Of a stretch of DNA of 40,850 nucleotides, positions 38,856 through 40,850 are shown one piece after another. A program made the position numbers and the translations under genes. The stretch spans positions 1 through 40,850 of the forward strand of contig WGDG01000116.1 in assembly GCA_015493425.1 (NCBI GenBank), read 5' to 3'. The stretch is from Sulfurovum sp. (GTDB lineage Bacteria; Campylobacterota; Campylobacteria; Campylobacterales; Sulfurovaceae). Each line of letters starts with the position of its first letter. Positions within the stretch are counted from its first letter, which is position 1. Under the pieces are notes generated by a model. The model was not told the origin of the DNA. It ran no database searches and was given only the letters and a program-made list of their open reading frames with translations.

Positions 38856-39862
38856 GACAGCAACTCCTTTGCCAGGGTAACAACTTCAGAAGGATCGATA
38901 TCTACGATACATCTGTCTGTTTTATCAAGCCGCAGAGGATCTATAGTCTTGCCGCAGTCAAGTACCCGGTTGATTTTTGTCTGTACAGTATTACGAAACG
39001 ACGGGGTGGGTCCAAATAGTGTAATACTTGGTCTTTTAAGTGCCCATGCCATATGTGTCGGGCCGCTGTCACCGCCAATGACAAGATCAGCCGATGCGAT
39101 AACAGCTTTGAGTTCATTTAGAGAGAGTTTCGGCAACACTTTCGCACCTGTTTGCTTTGCAATAAAAAGCGCTCGGTCATGCTCTGCCTCATTCCCCCAG
39201 GCAAGAAGATGGTTTCCTTCAAGCATTCCTATTGCTTCGGCAAACTTCTCTTTGGGGTACACCTTACTCTCCCAACTTGAACCGACAATGGTCACAATGG
39301 TGGGTAACGATGTATTCGAAAAGCACTCTACCCTTTGACGATCTTCTTCAGAGAAGAATAAAAACGGAACCATTGTTTCAAGTTCCGACAGTACAGGAAT
39401 ATTTTTCTCCGGTATATCCATCGCTTCGAGTATCAGTGTAAGGTTACGCTCGACTACATTCGTTTCATACGGTACAGCAATATGCCTGCTGTACAACCAT
39501 GCCGCGCCTTTTTCCCGGATGGAATGCCTGTCAAACCCTGCACGGTTTTTACCCAGCAACCGGGCTGCCAATGCGGACTTGAACAGCCCCTGTGCATCGA
39601 TGACCATATCATATCCGTTACCGGCATAAGTACGCACTTTTTTTATTTCATCAAAGAGTGCCGTTTTTTCCCTCTTCAGGCGTTTAAGATTGATCGGCAA
39701 AATAGCATTAATATGCGGATTATATTCCAACAAAGGAGCAAATGACTCCTCGACAAGCCAGTCTATTTTTAATGTAGGATTAAACCGTTTCAAGTACTGT
39801 AATGCAACCATCGCATGGACAATGTCACCCATAGCTGAAAGTTTGACGATTGCAATCCGCAT
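38852..39862 (-). CDS. waaC: LPS heptosyltransferase I
   Basis: MRIAIVKLSAMGDIVH, DAQGL.KS and DSGPTHMAW...FGPT motifs; start moved to ATG 39862. Confidence 0.92.
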   Translation of the reverse strand: MRIAIVKLSAMGDIVHAMVALQYLKRFNPTLKIDWLVEESFAPLLEYNPHINAILPINLKRLKREKTALFDEIKKVRTYAGNGYDMVIDAQGLFKSALAARLLGKNRAGFDRHSIREKGAAWLYSRHIAVPYETNVVERNLTLILEAMDIPEKNIPVLSELETMVPFLFFSEEDRQRVECFSNTSLPTIVTIVGSSWESKVYPKEKFAEAIGMLEGNHLLAWGNEAEHDRALFIAKQTGAKVLPKLSLNELKAVIASADLVIGGDSGPTHMAWALKRPSITLFGPTPSFRNTVQTKINRVLDCGKTIDPLRLDKTDRCIVDIDPSEVVTLAKELLS

Positions 39863-39906
39863 ACCCACCCTTTGTAAAATTTGTATAATTTTATCGAAAT
39901 ATCCTA

Positions 39907-39931
39907 AAAGGGGCACACTCTGTGCCCCTTT
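39907..39931. other. 11-bp hairpin between divergent waaC and hisH promoters
   Basis: AAAGGGGCACA-ctc-TGTGCCCCTTT. Confidence 0.65.
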
Positions 39932-39941
39932 CAATTTAATT

Positions 39942-39950
39942 TGATATAAT
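39942..39950 (+). promoter_or_regulatory. Extended -10 promoter for hisH
   Basis: TGATATAAT 37 nt upstream of ATG 39988. Confidence 0.6.
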
Positions 39951-39987
39951 CACGATTATTTTGATACATACTAAAGGGATGGTCTGC

Positions 39988-40641
39988 ATGATAGGCATCG
40001 TCGACTACAACATGGGTAACCTCGCTTCTGTCATCAACGCATTTAAAAAAGTAGGTGCCGACGCGAAACTTGAAAGTGATCCGGAGAAACTGGAGAGTTA
40101 TGATAAGCTCATTCTGCCGGGTGTCGGAGCCTTTGGAGATGCAATGGCACATCTGGAAAGTAACGGCATGGACAAAGCTGTCAAAGCGTTTGCAAAAAGC
40201 GGCAAACCGCTGCTTGGTATCTGTCTGGGGATGCAGCTTCTTTTTGAGAGCAGCGAAGAGTTTGGCGCACATAAAGGTCTTGGACTCATTCCCGGTAAAG
40301 TTGTGGCGTTTGATGAAAGCAAATTCGATCATCCGCTGAAAGTACCGCATATGGGATGGAACGAGCTTTTTGTGCAGCGCACGAAAAAGATGGAAGATGG
40401 AAGATGGATGATGGATGATGGGAGTTCTGTACTTTTTGATGGGCTTCCGAATGAATTCTATCTTTACTTTGTCCACTCCTACCATGCCGTCTGTGACGAT
40501 ACCTACGCAATAGGAAAGACCTACTACGGATACGAATTTGTCTCAGCAGTACAAAACGAAAATGTCTTCGGCATCCAGCCCCACCCTGAAAAGAGCCATG
40601 AGAATGGTCTGAAGATCATCGAAAATTTCACAAAACTATAG
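39988..40641 (+). CDS. hisH: Imidazole glycerol phosphate synthase glutaminase subunit with a repeat-derived insertion
   Basis: VDYNMGNL, LPGVGAF, GICLGMQ, VPHMGWN, YFVHSY and QPHPEKS motifs; start ATG 39988. Confidence 0.96.
   Translation: MIGIVDYNMGNLASVINAFKKVGADAKLESDPEKLESYDKLILPGVGAFGDAMAHLESNGMDKAVKAFAKSGKPLLGICLGMQLLFESSEEFGAHKGLGLIPGKVVAFDESKFDHPLKVPHMGWNELFVQRTKKMEDGRWMMDDGSSVLFDGLPNEFYLYFVHSYHAVCDDTYAIGKTYYGYEFVSAVQNENVFGIQPHPEKSHENGLKIIENFTKL
40387..40421. repeat. In-frame heptamer array (AAGATGG)x3(ATGATGG)x2 inside hisH
   Basis: Five units read directly; encodes KMEDGRWMMDDG. Confidence 0.92.
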
Positions 40642-40644
40642 AAT

Positions 40645-40666
40645 GGTGCGTGATTACGCACCCTAC
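40645..40666 (-). repeat. REP-like palindrome GTAG-GGTGCGT-aatc-ACGCACC
   Basis: GTAG tetranucleotide plus perfect 7-bp stem, 3 nt after the hisH stop; second copy at 15810. Confidence 0.75.
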
Positions 40667-40677
40667 AAAGGATAAAC

Positions 40678-40782
40678 ATGCAAACATACCTAACAATAAA
40701 AGCATCGCCACGCGATGCATACCAACATCATCCATCATCCATCATCAATCATCAATCCATTTTCGATGGAGTTCAAAAATGA
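40678..40782 (+). CDS. Possible 34-aa small ORF reading through the composite repeat, stop overlapping the hisA start
   Basis: AAGGA SD 5 nt before ATG; MQTYLTIKASPRDAYQHHPSSIINHQSIFDGVQK; ATGA overlap. Confidence 0.3.
   Translation: MQTYLTIKASPRDAYQHHPSSIINHQSIFDGVQK
40696..40754 (-). repeat. Composite element copy 2: heptamer x4 + GTTG + hairpin
   Basis: GCATCGC-cac-GCGATGC-atac-CAAC followed by ATCATCC x2 and ATCATCA x2 (40727-40754). Confidence 0.85.
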
Positions 40783-40850
40783 CAATTCTTCCCGCAATCG
40801 ACCTCAAGGACGGCAAAGCCGTCAGGCTCTCAAAAGGCCTTATGGACTCG
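40779..40850 (+). CDS. hisA: ProFAR isomerase HisA, 5' end (truncated by window)
   Basis: MTILPAIDLKDGKAVRLSKG matches the HisA N-terminal PAIDL..G..VRL..G signature; GGAG SD; follows hisH. Confidence 0.92.
   Translation, partial: MTILPAIDLKDGKAVRLSKGLMDS

Noticed and set aside
38493-39338. 281-aa plus-strand ORF, and the many other 60-240 aa shadow ORFs in the track
   Set aside because: They overlap well-supported genes, have atypical composition and lack motifs.

Overview
Gene-dense chromosomal window from a Campylobacterota bacterium (Sulfurovum/Sulfurimonas-like, inferred from gene content, TGnTATAAT promoters and protein style). Left to right: end of a polysaccharide locus (GT2, WbaP-type priming transferase, short Wzz), trpS, an operon with two exported rhodaneses, rho-murI, gdhA, ccoI-ccoS, an outer-membrane protein, a DUF3108-like protein, mscS, der, pmm/pgm, pgi, an msbA-like ABC transporter, the ADP-heptose genes (gmhB, hldD, hldE, gmhA), a 14.5 kb LPS core/lipid A operon (waaC, lpxL, ugd, uge, waaE-like, waaQ-like, more GT9/GT4, waaL, wabG-like, waaF), hisH and the start of hisA. 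I found no transposase, integrase, tRNA, rRNA or CRISPR array. The most unusual signal lies outside the gene annotation: six short tandem arrays of 7-nt units (GAGGATT, GAGGAGT, GATGATG, AAGATGG), all with GGA on their purine strand. Two start inside stop codons. Two are in-frame inside housekeeping enzymes (phosphomutase, HisH). Two are attached to a conserved 31-nt GT(A/T)G-hairpin that shows a compensatory base-pair change. Together they look like footprints of an uncharacterised dispersed repeat element. Also noted: a GTAG-type REP pair, a structured ~190-nt leader that could occlude the rhodanese Shine-Dalgarno, and a GmhB lacking both motif-IV aspartates.
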